Source: Candidatus Doudnabacteria bacterium
Lineage (GTDB): Bacteria; Patescibacteriota; JAQUNI01
Direction: 5' to 3'
Assembly (NCBI GenBank): GCA_041644975.1
Contig: JBAZQX010000004.1
Coordinates: forward strand, 9,189-73,188
Length of the DNA stretch: 64,000 nt
A model generated the notes under the pieces. The model ran no database searches. It was not told the DNA's origin and was given only the letters and a program-made list of their open reading frames with translations. The position numbers were made by a program, and so were the translations under genes. Below, piece by piece: positions 48,153 to 58,554 of the stretch (the stretch's first letter is position 1; the number at the start of each line of letters is the position of its first letter).

Positions 48153-49439
48153 CTACCTCTTGATCTCTTTGAACCCACAATATTTTTGCAAAACCTTGGG
48201 CACTTCAATAGAACAGTCTTCGCGCTGATAATTTTCCATAATCGCAATTAAAGCCCTGCCAATCGCAATAGCAGTGGAATTGATGGTATGGACAAATTTT
48301 TTATTCCCTTTCTCGTCTTTGTATTTGATATTCAGGCGGCGCGCTTGGAAATCCGTGTCGTGGCTCGCCGAAACTACCTCGCGGTAACAACCCTCTGACG
48401 GCAGCCAAGCTTCCAAGTCAATTTTTTTAGCATTAGGCGCGCCCAGATCGCCGGTTGCGATATTCACTGCTTGATAATGAATTCCCAAGCCCTGCCAAAT
48501 TTCTTCTACGGTTTTGACAATCATTTTATAAACTTGCCACGAATCTTCTTGCGTAGCGAACGCGAACATTTCCAGTTTATCAAATTGATGCCCCCGCAAA
48601 ATTCCTTTTAAATCCTTGCCATAAGCGCCAGCCTCCCGCCGAAAGCAAGACGAAAAACCCGTATAAAGTTTTGGTTTCCCGGGGGCTAGCCCCAAAATCT
48701 CGTCCATATGATACGCTGCAAGCACAACCTCGGCGGTGCCAATCAAATATAATTTTTCTTTTTCATCACCCGTGAGCTCATAAATTTCATTTTTATCCGC
48801 GGGGAAGAAGCCTGTGCCATACATCGCAGCCTCGCGCACGAGCATAGGCGGCAGGATCGGAGTAAAACCTTTTTTAATTAAAATATCCAAAACATATTGT
48901 ATAAGAGCAAATTCCAGGCTCACAAGCTCGTTTTTTAGATACCAAAAACGGGCGCCTGAAACCTGCGCGCCTTTTTCAATATCTATTAAATCCAAAGCCT
49001 CCCCCAATTCATAATGAGATTTGGGTTTAAAATCAAACTTTGATGGCTCTCCCCATTTATGATCCACCGCGTTGCCGGAAGCATCCGGCGCCACTGGCAC
49101 AGAATGATCTGAAAGATTAGGAAATTGATCTAATAAAATTTTGATTTCTGCTTCTTTCTCCTTTAATTTTTCCTTTAACCCTTTTTCAAACTCACTCTTT
49201 TTCTGTATTCTCTGAATCATTTTCTGACGCTCCTTTTCATCTTCAATTTTCACTATTTTACGGGAAAATTCATTCTTAGCTTGTTCGTGTTTATTTTTTA
49301 TACCAATCAGATTCCTCCGTATTTTGTCCAATTCTAAAAATTCATCCACTTTTTCTGATGGCATTGCCTTTAAATGGCGATTTTTAAATTCCGTCCGCCA
49401 GAGATCTGGCTGTTCGCGCAATAATTTTATATCAATCAT
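48153..49439 (-). CDS. serS: Serine--tRNA ligase
   Basis: LIGTAE, CFRREAG, HQFDKLE, DFQARRL, HTINST. Confidence 0.98.
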   Translation of the reverse strand: MIDIKLLREQPDLWRTEFKNRHLKAMPSEKVDEFLELDKIRRNLIGIKNKHEQAKNEFSRKIVKIEDEKERQKMIQRIQKKSEFEKGLKEKLKEKEAEIKILLDQFPNLSDHSVPVAPDASGNAVDHKWGEPSKFDFKPKSHYELGEALDLIDIEKGAQVSGARFWYLKNELVSLEFALIQYVLDILIKKGFTPILPPMLVREAAMYGTGFFPADKNEIYELTGDEKEKLYLIGTAEVVLAAYHMDEILGLAPGKPKLYTGFSSCFRREAGAYGKDLKGILRGHQFDKLEMFAFATQEDSWQVYKMIVKTVEEIWQGLGIHYQAVNIATGDLGAPNAKKIDLEAWLPSEGCYREVVSASHDTDFQARRLNIKYKDEKGNKKFVHTINSTAIAIGRALIAIMENYQREDCSIEVPKVLQKYCGFKEIKR

Positions 49440-49463
49440 AGTTTTATCTTTATAACGTGAATA

Positions 49464-51548
49464 TTAAAGTCCTAAATTTTGAGATATATCTTGCATCGCC
49501 CGAAGGCCGATTTGAATGAATTCTTCCAGCACAAGACCAAAAGATTCGCAGGAAGCAATCACTTCGCGTCTAGCGCCTTGGGCGAAAGATTTTTCTTTAA
49601 ATCTCTTTAAGACAGATTGCGCCGATAAATCGGATAATTTTTTCGATGGCAAAACCAAGGTGGCAGCCACAATCAAACCAGTCAAAGGATCCACGGCATA
49701 AATCGCTTTTTCCATTAAGGTTTTGCGAGGTGCGCCGCATTGATCATTATGCGCCTTGATGCCAGCTAAAATTACGGGATGCACTCCTTCTTGCTCTAAA
49801 ATCCCCGCGGTGGTCGGACCGTGTTTTTCCGGCGTTTCACGATAGTCAAACATCTCCATATCTAGGTCGTGCAGAAGACCAGTAAGCCCCCAGACTTCCT
49901 CATTCTTTTGAAAATGCTTGGCGAGAGCGCGCATTATCGCTTCCGTTGCCAACATATGTTTGCGCGAATTTTCATTCTTTACATATTGGCAAACCAAATC
50001 CCAAGCTTTGGCGCGCGTAATCCCTGACTTAACTGCCTCCTCGTTTTGAGTGGGCGCTTTTGTCGCTGGACAGACCTTCTGCGTATTTAATGGTCTCATT
50101 AGAGGAAAGAACACTGCCTCACGGATGCTCGGAGCGTTGGTTAAAAACATTACCAGACGATCCACCCCCATCCCCCAGCCCGCGATCGGCGGCATTCCGT
50201 ATTCCATCGCCCGCACATAATCTTCATCCATCATATGCGCCTCCGCGTCCCCCGCTTCCCGCATTTCAACCTGTTCCTCAAAACGCCTACGCTGCTCCAA
50301 AGGATCAACTAACTCGGAATAAGCATTGACTAATTCCTGCCCTAAAACCACTAGCTGAAAACGATCCACAATCTTTGGATTCTGATCGTTTCTGCGCGCC
50401 AAGGGCGATAATTCAATGGGATGACCGGTTAGAAAAAGAGGACCCTTAATTTTCGGCCGCGAAACCTTTTTATATAATTGATCCACTAAACCCCCAAAGC
50501 CTAATTTGCCAAGGTCTTCAATTTCAATTTTTTTCTTCTGTATTTCCTTTCTAAGCTTCTCCGCGGTATCAGCCTTGTTAATATCAATGCCGCAATCTTC
50601 CAAAATCAAGCTTCTAAAATTTTTTTTCTGCCAAGGAGGAGTAAAATCTATTTTCTCGCCTTGGTAATCAATTTGCAAGGTTCCGAAAACGCGGTTTAAG
50701 AGATAAACCAACATCTCTTCAGTTTGCGCCATCAAAAATTCATAATTTTTGTAAGCCCAATAAAATTCCAGCATCGTAAAATCTTGAAGATGGGCGGTGT
50801 CCATTCCTTCATTGCGAAAAACCCGCGCCATCTCAAAAACCTTTTCCAAACCGCCCACAATTAAGCGCTTCAAATATGTTTCCGGCGCAATCCTTAAATA
50901 CAAGGGAATCTGCAGGGCTTCGTGCTCTGTAATGAAAGGCCGCGCGAGCGCGCCCGAAGCCTTGGTTTGAAGCACTGGCGTCTCCACCTCCAAAAAACCC
51001 CTCTCTGTTAGAAAATCACGCAGGGCATCGCAGATCTCCGCGCGCTTCCGAAAACGCTCACGCACTTCTGGATGAACAAGCAGATCCAAATAACGTTCCC
51101 GAAATCTGATCTCTTGATTAGAGAGGCCTTTCCATTTTTCCGGCAGAGGACGGATGGATTTAGCGAGAATTTTATAATCGGAAACAAGGAGGGTTCTTTC
51201 CCCTTTTTGGGTGACAAAAACGGTTCCTTGGAGTTCAATAAAGTCGCCAATGTCAAAATTTTTAAAGAATTTGTATTTCTCCGGACCTAAAATGTCTTGT
51301 TTAAGATAGGCTTGGATTCTGCCGCTTTCATCATCAATATGGATAAAGGTAGAGCCGCCGTGTCCGCGAATGCCGCGTATACGCCCCGCGACCACGATCT
51401 CGCCTTTTTCCTTTTCTATGGCTTCAAAATCATCCAGTATCCTCCCTATTGTATGCGTCCGACGCGAAGAATCAGGGTAAGGATTGATTTCGACCTTTAA
51501 AATTTTATTCAATTTTTCTTTGCGATTTTGGATTAAATCTTGAAGCAT
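49464..51548 (-). CDS. lysS: Lysine--tRNA ligase (class II) with C-terminal HD-domain fusion
   Basis: OB fold, YLRIAPE, FRNEG, YGMPP..GMGVDRL; then KHML..GLLHDLD..H..H..D. Confidence 0.95.
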   Translation of the reverse strand: MLQDLIQNRKEKLNKILKVEINPYPDSSRRTHTIGRILDDFEAIEKEKGEIVVAGRIRGIRGHGGSTFIHIDDESGRIQAYLKQDILGPEKYKFFKNFDIGDFIELQGTVFVTQKGERTLLVSDYKILAKSIRPLPEKWKGLSNQEIRFRERYLDLLVHPEVRERFRKRAEICDALRDFLTERGFLEVETPVLQTKASGALARPFITEHEALQIPLYLRIAPETYLKRLIVGGLEKVFEMARVFRNEGMDTAHLQDFTMLEFYWAYKNYEFLMAQTEEMLVYLLNRVFGTLQIDYQGEKIDFTPPWQKKNFRSLILEDCGIDINKADTAEKLRKEIQKKKIEIEDLGKLGFGGLVDQLYKKVSRPKIKGPLFLTGHPIELSPLARRNDQNPKIVDRFQLVVLGQELVNAYSELVDPLEQRRRFEEQVEMREAGDAEAHMMDEDYVRAMEYGMPPIAGWGMGVDRLVMFLTNAPSIREAVFFPLMRPLNTQKVCPATKAPTQNEEAVKSGITRAKAWDLVCQYVKNENSRKHMLATEAIMRALAKHFQKNEEVWGLTGLLHDLDMEMFDYRETPEKHGPTTAGILEQEGVHPVILAGIKAHNDQCGAPRKTLMEKAIYAVDPLTGLIVAATLVLPSKKLSDLSAQSVLKRFKEKSFAQGARREVIASCESFGLVLEEFIQIGLRAMQDISQNLGL

Positions 51549-51880
51549 ATATTTTATTATACCTTGAATTACAAAATTCATTTTGGTCTATTAGCGAGGG
51601 AGGCATTTGATGCCGACCGAAGCCCGCCCGCCTCGCCTGAAGCGAAGCTTGTGAGCGGGCAGGCAATCTCCTAAATCTGTATAAATACAGCTCGATGAGA
51701 TTGCGGAGCCTGTCCCGAGCGGAAGCGAAGGATCTGACTTAAAGGGCCCTCCTCGCAATGACGACGCATTTCGCAATTCAAGGTCTTTAATATATTATAT
51801 CAAAAATCATAAATTTCACCAAACAAAAACAGAGACGCAAAATTTCACGTCTCTACGCATAAAATATTCATCATCCCTCC

Positions 51881-52339
51881 CTAAGATATTTCCAAAATTT
51901 TGTATTCTATCTTGCCACCCGGCGTCTCCACCTCTACTGTATCTCCCTTTTTCTTACCAAGGAGCGCCTGACCAATCGGGCTTTCATTAGAAATCTTCCC
52001 CAACGGAGGGTCAGCCTCATTGGAGCCGACAATGGTAAATTCTTTCTCGCTGGTATTATTTTTCACCTTCACGCTGTTTCCCACTTCCACAATATTATGC
52101 TGACCACTTTTATCAATAATAACCGCATTTTTGATCATATTTTCAATCTCTATGATCTTTCCTTCGTTAAAAGCCTGTTCATCCTTTGCGTCTTGATATT
52201 CCGCGTTTTCGGAAAGATCGCCCAATTCCTTGGCTACTTTAATCCGATTGGCAATTTCTCTTCTTTTGACTGTCTTGATAAACTCTAATTTTTCTTTTAA
52301 TTTTTTGAGCCCTTCGGCAGTAATATATTTCTTGGTCAT
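51881..52339 (-). CDS. greA: Transcription elongation factor GreA
   Basis: GDLSENAEY, ISNESPIGQAL. Confidence 0.97.
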   Translation of the reverse strand: MTKKYITAEGLKKLKEKLEFIKTVKRREIANRIKVAKELGDLSENAEYQDAKDEQAFNEGKIIEIENMIKNAVIIDKSGQHNIVEVGNSVKVKNNTSEKEFTIVGSNEADPPLGKISNESPIGQALLGKKKGDTVEVETPGGKIEYKILEIS

Positions 52340-52728
52340 ATTTTGTAAGTTTTTTAAAATGCGCTTACGCACTATATAAGCACATTTCTAGAGTTCTCTA
52401 TTTAATTTAATTATCCCCATCATAATAATCCAAGAAAAAGGCGATGTCAAGGGGATAAAAAATTTTAAAATTTAAAAATCAAAAATTAAAATAACAAATC
52501 AAAATGTTAAAATTATTTTGGGAATTCAGAGTTCTCGCCCGCTTATACCTAAGCATAGCGATGGCGAGCGGGCATCCTTTTCACCTTTTTCCAGTGACCA
52601 CCCGGGAGGCGTGGCAAAACCCTATAAAAAACCTCGGTTTTAAAACCATAAATGGTGAATTCTCAAAAAACGTAATTCATTTCAAAATTTTACATTGTCT
52701 CGCTTCGCGAGATCTCGCAAAGCGATGA

Positions 52729-53553
52729 TCATTTTGCATTTTGATTTTTACATTTTACATTATTTACCAGTTCTACCAGATTCATAAGAAGCATCATCAC
52801 AGTCATTGGTCCGACGCCGCCCGGCACAGGCGCCAGAAAAGAAGCTTTTTTCTTCACGCTCGCCGCTTCCACATCCCCTTGAATTTTTCCCGCCCTCCAG
52901 CTCGTACCGGCATCAATCACGACGGCTCCTCTCTTGATCATCGTCCCGCGAATTAAATTGGGTTTACCCACACCCGAAATGATAATATCAGCTTTTTTAA
53001 CTTGAGCGGCTAGAGCTTTTGTATTTTGATCGTAAACCTTTACGCTTGCGCCTAATTTTTGCATTAAACGCGCCGCCGGCTCACCCACTAATTTTCCCGC
53101 TCCCACTACCGCCACCTCGCAACCTTCCACCGCGACCTTATATTCGGCGAGGAGCGCGGCAATTCCTAAAGCCACAGGCGAGACTATGGCACGATTTTTA
53201 AAACCCTCTACGTCCATCTTCTTAGGTATACATTTCAGAACTTGATCTCTATCAATACCCTTAGGCAGGGGCAACTGCACCACTATGCCGTGAGGTTCTT
53301 TTTGTTTAATCGCCAAACGCAATATTTGGCAAATCTTTGGAGCGGGGGAAGAAGCAGGCAGGGTGACTAAGGAAAAGCTGACCCCCAAAGAATGGCAAAT
53401 TTCCTTTTTCCTGCGCACAAAAATTTGGGAGGCTCGATCATGCCCGACCATCAAAACTAAGAGGCGAGGTTTTACAGATAGACCTTTTATCTCCTTCTGA
53501 AGATAACGAAAAAATTTTTGGGCTAGTTTTTTACCATCTAAAATCTGGAACAT
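52729..53553 (-). CDS. folD: Bifunctional methylenetetrahydrofolate dehydrogenase/cyclohydrolase
   Basis: VQLPLP, DVEG, VIDAG, PVPGGVGPMT. Confidence 0.95.
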   Translation of the reverse strand: MFQILDGKKLAQKFFRYLQKEIKGLSVKPRLLVLMVGHDRASQIFVRRKKEICHSLGVSFSLVTLPASSPAPKICQILRLAIKQKEPHGIVVQLPLPKGIDRDQVLKCIPKKMDVEGFKNRAIVSPVALGIAALLAEYKVAVEGCEVAVVGAGKLVGEPAARLMQKLGASVKVYDQNTKALAAQVKKADIIISGVGKPNLIRGTMIKRGAVVIDAGTSWRAGKIQGDVEAASVKKKASFLAPVPGGVGPMTVMMLLMNLVELVNNVKCKNQNAK

Positions 53554-53560
53554 AATGTTG

Positions 53561-53704
53561 GGAATCAGGAATAAGGAATTATGAATTAGGAATTATGAAG
53601 CAGGAATTAAATATTTGTCTCTAATTGCTCTACTCACTCCTTTTCAAAAATTTCGTAATTTGTAGGACTCCTTATTCCTTATTCCTGCTTCCTGATTCAT
53701 TCTT
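53561..53704. repeat. Element with inverted heptamer arrays (GGAATCA/TGATTCC); related copy at 58436-58545
   Basis: Shared core CTACTCACTCCTTTT..AATTTCGTAATTTGTAGGACTCC. Confidence 0.75.
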
Positions 53705-53705
53705 C

Positions 53706-55631
53706 CTACTGCCTATTAAAATACCACTCTAACACATTTTTTGCGATAGGTACAGCTGCTGTTTCACCGCCGCCACCGCCCTCGACCAGAATAGTCAGCA
53801 CAATCTTAGGACGGTCATAAGGCGCAAAACCAGTAAACCAAGCATGGGTAGGCTGTCCACTGCCCGCAAATTGCGCGGTGCCTGTTTTTCCCGCTACCGC
53901 CACAGGAAGGCTATTAAGCAAACGGGCAGAACCATCGGTGACAGTTTGGCGCATACCTTGCCGCACCACCTCTAAACTTTTGCTACTAATAAAATCTTTT
54001 CGGATAATCTCAGATGGGATTTCTGTTTCTTTTTTTTCTATCTCATCAATCATCTTGCAGCCCATCTTTGGCTTGTAAAGAATCCCGCCATTCGCAATGG
54101 TAGCAATATAATTAGTAAGCTGCAATGGGCTAACTAAAATATCCCCTTGACCAATACTCACATGATAAGTGTCGCCGATGTACCATTGTTCCCCTTTGAC
54201 TTTTTCTTTCCATGCCGCATCAGGCACGAGACCCGCCGTTTCTCCCGGTAAATCCACGCCAAGAGGGACATTGAAACCGAACTTGCTGGTCCAGGCTTTT
54301 ATTCTATCTATTCCTAAACCCTCAATTCCAATGTCTTCATTCCCTCCGCCTACCGTATAAAAAAACACATTACAAGACTCGGCGATCGCGCGCCTGACAT
54401 CCACCGCGCCGTGGGCTTTCCAGTCCGGGAAATTCCAAACTGTCCCTCCCCAACCTTGGTAAGTGAGACTCCCCGGGCAATTCACCACTTGAGACGGGGT
54501 AATAATTTTCTCTTCTAAAGCGGCGGCGGCGATGAGGGGTTTAATAATGGAACCCGGGGGATATTCGCCGGAAATCGCTCGATTAAACAAAGGCTGATTA
54601 GGATCACGATTCAACTCGTTCAATTTCTCCTCGGAAATCCCTTGGGTAAAAAGGTTATTATCATAAAAAGGGAAACTGACCAGCGCTAAAATGCGTCCAT
54701 TCTCCGGATCCATAGCCACAACGGCTGCTCTTTCTGTTTTTGTTTGGGAAAGCATTGCCTTAACTTCCTCGGCAATCTTTTTTTCTAATTCTAGGTCCAA
54801 AGAGAGCTGTAAACTGCGACCCGCCTCGGGACTTTCTCGCCCTATGATCTTGGCAATTTGCCCGCGCGAATTTACCTCCGCAATCTTGCGACCATTTTTA
54901 CCTTTTAAGACTTGTTCGTAGGAATATTCTACACCTTGTTTGCCAATATAATCGGTTAAAAAGTAACCCTGTTCTTTATTTGCGGCGTATTCTTCCGGCG
55001 AAATCCTGCCGGTATAACCTATAATGTGGGCAATGAGTTCCCCGCCTAGATATTCCCGCACGGGAGAACTAAGAAGACTAATCCCTGGCAGAGAAGATAA
55101 TTTTGCGTCCAGAATTAACGCCTGTTCGCGTCCTAAATTACGCACCAAGATTTCCGGTTCATAAGAATGAGGATCCGCCTCCCTAAACGCGATTTCAATC
55201 TCTGTCGCGTCTTTCCCTAAAATCTGGGCTAAATTTTCAATAAAACTTTTTCTCTCAGGAGGAGGAGGCAAATCCGCAGGAATGAACACAACCTCGAAAT
55301 TGGGAATGTTGCGCACCAATAAGTTTCCCTTCTGATCATAAATAACGCCCCGAGGAGCCATCAGGCTTAAAGTGCGAATCCGATTGCTTTCCGCTTCCCT
55401 GGTGTAAGACTCTCCAGCTAAAATCTGCAGGGAAAAAATACGCCAACCCAAGATCAAAAAACAAATAATCACTACTAATCTTAAAAGACTCAAGCGCCCT
55501 AAGCGGAAGCGCAACTCCGCCGGCCTTAAATCATCCTCTTGCGCAAAACCTTCCTGCCCCTCCCAATCCTTCTCCGCTAAAAACTTTTCGGAAATCTTAA
55601 ATTCGGATTTTGAAAAATTAAAAAAATTCAT
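53706..55631 (-). CDS. mrdA: Penicillin-binding protein 2
   Basis: PGSIIK, SCN, KTGTAQ; located after mreBCD. Confidence 0.95.
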   Translation of the reverse strand: MNFFNFSKSEFKISEKFLAEKDWEGQEGFAQEDDLRPAELRFRLGRLSLLRLVVIICFLILGWRIFSLQILAGESYTREAESNRIRTLSLMAPRGVIYDQKGNLLVRNIPNFEVVFIPADLPPPPERKSFIENLAQILGKDATEIEIAFREADPHSYEPEILVRNLGREQALILDAKLSSLPGISLLSSPVREYLGGELIAHIIGYTGRISPEEYAANKEQGYFLTDYIGKQGVEYSYEQVLKGKNGRKIAEVNSRGQIAKIIGRESPEAGRSLQLSLDLELEKKIAEEVKAMLSQTKTERAAVVAMDPENGRILALVSFPFYDNNLFTQGISEEKLNELNRDPNQPLFNRAISGEYPPGSIIKPLIAAAALEEKIITPSQVVNCPGSLTYQGWGGTVWNFPDWKAHGAVDVRRAIAESCNVFFYTVGGGNEDIGIEGLGIDRIKAWTSKFGFNVPLGVDLPGETAGLVPDAAWKEKVKGEQWYIGDTYHVSIGQGDILVSPLQLTNYIATIANGGILYKPKMGCKMIDEIEKKETEIPSEIIRKDFISSKSLEVVRQGMRQTVTDGSARLLNSLPVAVAGKTGTAQFAGSGQPTHAWFTGFAPYDRPKIVLTILVEGGGGGETAAVPIAKNVLEWYFNRQ

Positions 55632-55695
55632 TAAAGTATAAGCCCGCTCGGCAAACGCTCTTAGCTTCCAGAGCGTGTGCGGCCCGCCCCCCTTT

Positions 55696-56220
55696 TTATT
55701 TAATTTGTTCTTCTGTCTTTAATAATACAGAATAACAATATCTTAATATCCTGTAGCCCAATACTGTCACCACTAAATTATAAAATATTGTGGGCAAAAC
55801 TAGATATTTTAAATCATAAAATAAATCTACCTGAAGATCGCTTAAACGCATCCAGCTAAAAAGTTTTACCAAAATAATTAGGGCTAAATTGTAAATTATA
55901 CTTCCTAAAATAGTCACGAGAATAATTGCGCTCACATCCCTCTCTCTGAATAACTTAAGAGATAATATTCTAATCAAGAAGATAACTAAAAGAAAACTTA
56001 GAGTTACCACCCCGAAAGGAAGACTAGAACTAAGGTCTAAAAAAAGCAAAAATGGGAAATACCATTTCAAGGTTGTCTTGACTCCGAGGGTGAGAAAACA
56101 AATTAAGAAACCAATCAAAATAAAGTTTGGCCTTGCTAACCCAATACTTAAATGAGGTCCCCAAACCAACTCTAGAAAAAATAAAAATAATAAAATCAGC
56201 AAGAAAAAAAATTTATTCAT
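55696..56220 (-). CDS. mreD: Rod shape protein MreD
   Basis: Multi-TM protein positioned between mreC and mrdA. Confidence 0.75.
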   Translation of the reverse strand: MNKFFFLLILLFLFFLELVWGPHLSIGLARPNFILIGFLICFLTLGVKTTLKWYFPFLLFLDLSSSLPFGVVTLSFLLVIFLIRILSLKLFRERDVSAIILVTILGSIIYNLALIILVKLFSWMRLSDLQVDLFYDLKYLVLPTIFYNLVVTVLGYRILRYCYSVLLKTEEQIK

Positions 56221-56452
56221 AATAGTTAAGCTTGAGGCAAGATTCTCTATTCACTTTGAATTATAAAATACATTTTTTTGAGGACTTCGGGCATCCCCGC
56301 CCGAAGTTTCAGCCAAGAGCAAGATGCCCGTGGCCCTCAAAATCTATAAATCACTCCATTTCGTAATTAAAGGCTATTTAAAAAGCACTAATCACGTCTA
56401 TCCCCTTAAAACCTTTAAATCTGAAGGATTGATGGTTCGGCTTCGCTCACCA

Positions 56453-57283
56453 TCAATCCTGGAGCGTAGTCGAAGGATTGATATCCGTCACTACCAGCAC
56501 CTTTTCTAATTTTGAAAAGTTCACATAAGACCGCACTTGGGCTTTTTGAAAGAGTTCACCGCTATTACTTTCCACCTTCACAATTTCACCAATCACTAAC
56601 CCTTTGGGCAATTCGCCAGAAAGCCCGGAGGTAATGACTGTATCCCCTACCTGCACAATCTCGTTTTGGGGGATCATCTCCATTGTTAACCCCAAACCAT
56701 GCTGACCATAAATATTACCGCTTGCTCGCGAATCAATAATTAAAGCGTTCACCACACTATTTTGATCAGTAATTAATAAAACAGTCGCTGTTTTGGAAAA
56801 AACTTCAATTACCTTGCCGACCAAAAATCCTTCCCCAAAAATCACGGGCGCGCCGACCCTGACATTATCTTGCGCGCCGCGATTGATTTTTAGACTCTGA
56901 ATGAGATTATCCGGATTCCGCCCAACGACATCAGCGTCAATTCCCCTCACTCCTCCCTTCTCTTTAAATTTTAATTGATCACGTAAAAACGCGTTTTCCT
57001 TCTCTATTTCTTTCAACCTCACATTTTCCGCAATTAAACGATAGTTCTCTCCACTTAAATCTTGGTTTTCCCGCGCGAGATCTCGGATCGCCGTCAAGAG
57101 ATGAAAAAAATTATCAATCTTATTTACTGTTTTAAAAGCAGCTCTTTCCACGGGCGCGGTAACAACAAAAATCGCATTTTCTACAGGACGCAAAACTTTC
57201 ACATAATGCAAAAAAATGAGCAGTGTAATCACGCCCATTGCTAATAAAATTATACCCGACTTAGAACGAAAAAAACGAGGCAT
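56453..57283 (-). CDS. mreC: Rod shape protein MreC
   Basis: TM, coiled coil, INRG, VITSGL..PKGLVIG. Confidence 0.93.
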   Translation of the reverse strand: MPRFFRSKSGIILLAMGVITLLIFLHYVKVLRPVENAIFVVTAPVERAAFKTVNKIDNFFHLLTAIRDLARENQDLSGENYRLIAENVRLKEIEKENAFLRDQLKFKEKGGVRGIDADVVGRNPDNLIQSLKINRGAQDNVRVGAPVIFGEGFLVGKVIEVFSKTATVLLITDQNSVVNALIIDSRASGNIYGQHGLGLTMEMIPQNEIVQVGDTVITSGLSGELPKGLVIGEIVKVESNSGELFQKAQVRSYVNFSKLEKVLVVTDINPSTTLQD

Positions 57284-57388
57284 AAAATATAAACTCAAAA
57301 CGTAAAATTCAAAATTTAAAACCACAACTTAAAACTAAAAACTTTTGAGATTTCATTAATTTTGAGATTTGAGTTTTAAGCTTTGAAT

Positions 57389-58429
57389 TTATTTATACTG
57401 TGTGTCCACCAACACCTCGCGCAAAAGGTCTAAATTTTCTAAAACCATGCCCGTGCCTCTAACAACACAAGTCAATGGATCATTGGCGATCTGCACGGGC
57501 ATCTGCGTCTCCCGCGCGACGAGACGGTCAAGACCACGCAGGAGCGCGCCTCCGCCCGCCAAAATAATACCCCGATCCATAATATCCGCGACGAGTTCAG
57601 GAGGGGTTTCCTCAATCGTTCCTTTAATATTAGAAACTAGATTTCTAATGGAACGTGATAAGGCTTCGCGCACCTGACTATCATTGATAATCACCTCCTT
57701 CGGCAGACCCGTGACGATGTCCCGCCCGCGCAACTTTGCTTCCAAAGGTTTCTTTAAAGGCCAGGCCGAGCCAATGGCGATTTTAATTTCTTCGGCTTTC
57801 CTTTCCCCGATTAACAAATTAAAGTGGTCACGGGAATATTGAATAACATCCTCGTTTAATTCATCTCCCGCAATCCGCAACGATCGCGCCACCACGCCCC
57901 CGCCCAGAGAAATTACCGCCATCTCGGTTGTGCCGCCGCCAATATCCACAATCATACTTCCCGAAGCGTCTTGCACGGGAAGGCGGGAACCAATGGCTGC
58001 GGCCATCGGTTCTTCAATTAAGAAAGCTTGCCTTGCGCCAGCCGTACGCGTGGCATCCTCCACCGCTCGCCGCTCCACCTCGGTGCAACCCGAAGGAATG
58101 CCAATCACTACCCTAGGTCGCGGAATGAGAGTGAACATTCCTTGGTGCACCTTCTGAATAAAATATTTTAACATTTGCTCGGTCACTTCAAAATCAGAAA
58201 TCACCCCGTCCACAAGCGGACGGGTAGCCACAATATGCATCGGTGTTCTTCCCACCATCTTTTTCGCTTCATTGCCAATTGCCAAAACCTGACCCGTCTT
58301 TGTATTCATAGCCACAACCGAAGGCTCATTAATGACGATGCCTTTCCCTCGCACATACACTAAAGTATTCGCTGTCCCTAAATCAATACCGATGTCGCGG
58401 GAAAAAGCGCCTAAAAGACGATTAAACAT
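57389..58429 (-). CDS. mreB: Rod shape protein MreB
   Basis: IDLGTANT, EEPMAAAIG, DIGGGTT, GGGALL. Confidence 0.98.
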   Translation of the reverse strand: MFNRLLGAFSRDIGIDLGTANTLVYVRGKGIVINEPSVVAMNTKTGQVLAIGNEAKKMVGRTPMHIVATRPLVDGVISDFEVTEQMLKYFIQKVHQGMFTLIPRPRVVIGIPSGCTEVERRAVEDATRTAGARQAFLIEEPMAAAIGSRLPVQDASGSMIVDIGGGTTEMAVISLGGGVVARSLRIAGDELNEDVIQYSRDHFNLLIGERKAEEIKIAIGSAWPLKKPLEAKLRGRDIVTGLPKEVIINDSQVREALSRSIRNLVSNIKGTIEETPPELVADIMDRGIILAGGGALLRGLDRLVARETQMPVQIANDPLTCVVRGTGMVLENLDLLREVLVDTQYK

Positions 58430-58554
58430 ATTTTAGAATTAGGAATCGGGAATTAAGTGTTTATCTCCAATTTCTACTCACTCCTTTTTAAGAATTTCGT
58501 AATTTGTAGGACTCCTTATTCCTGATTCATTATTCATTATTCCTCCCTCCCGAC

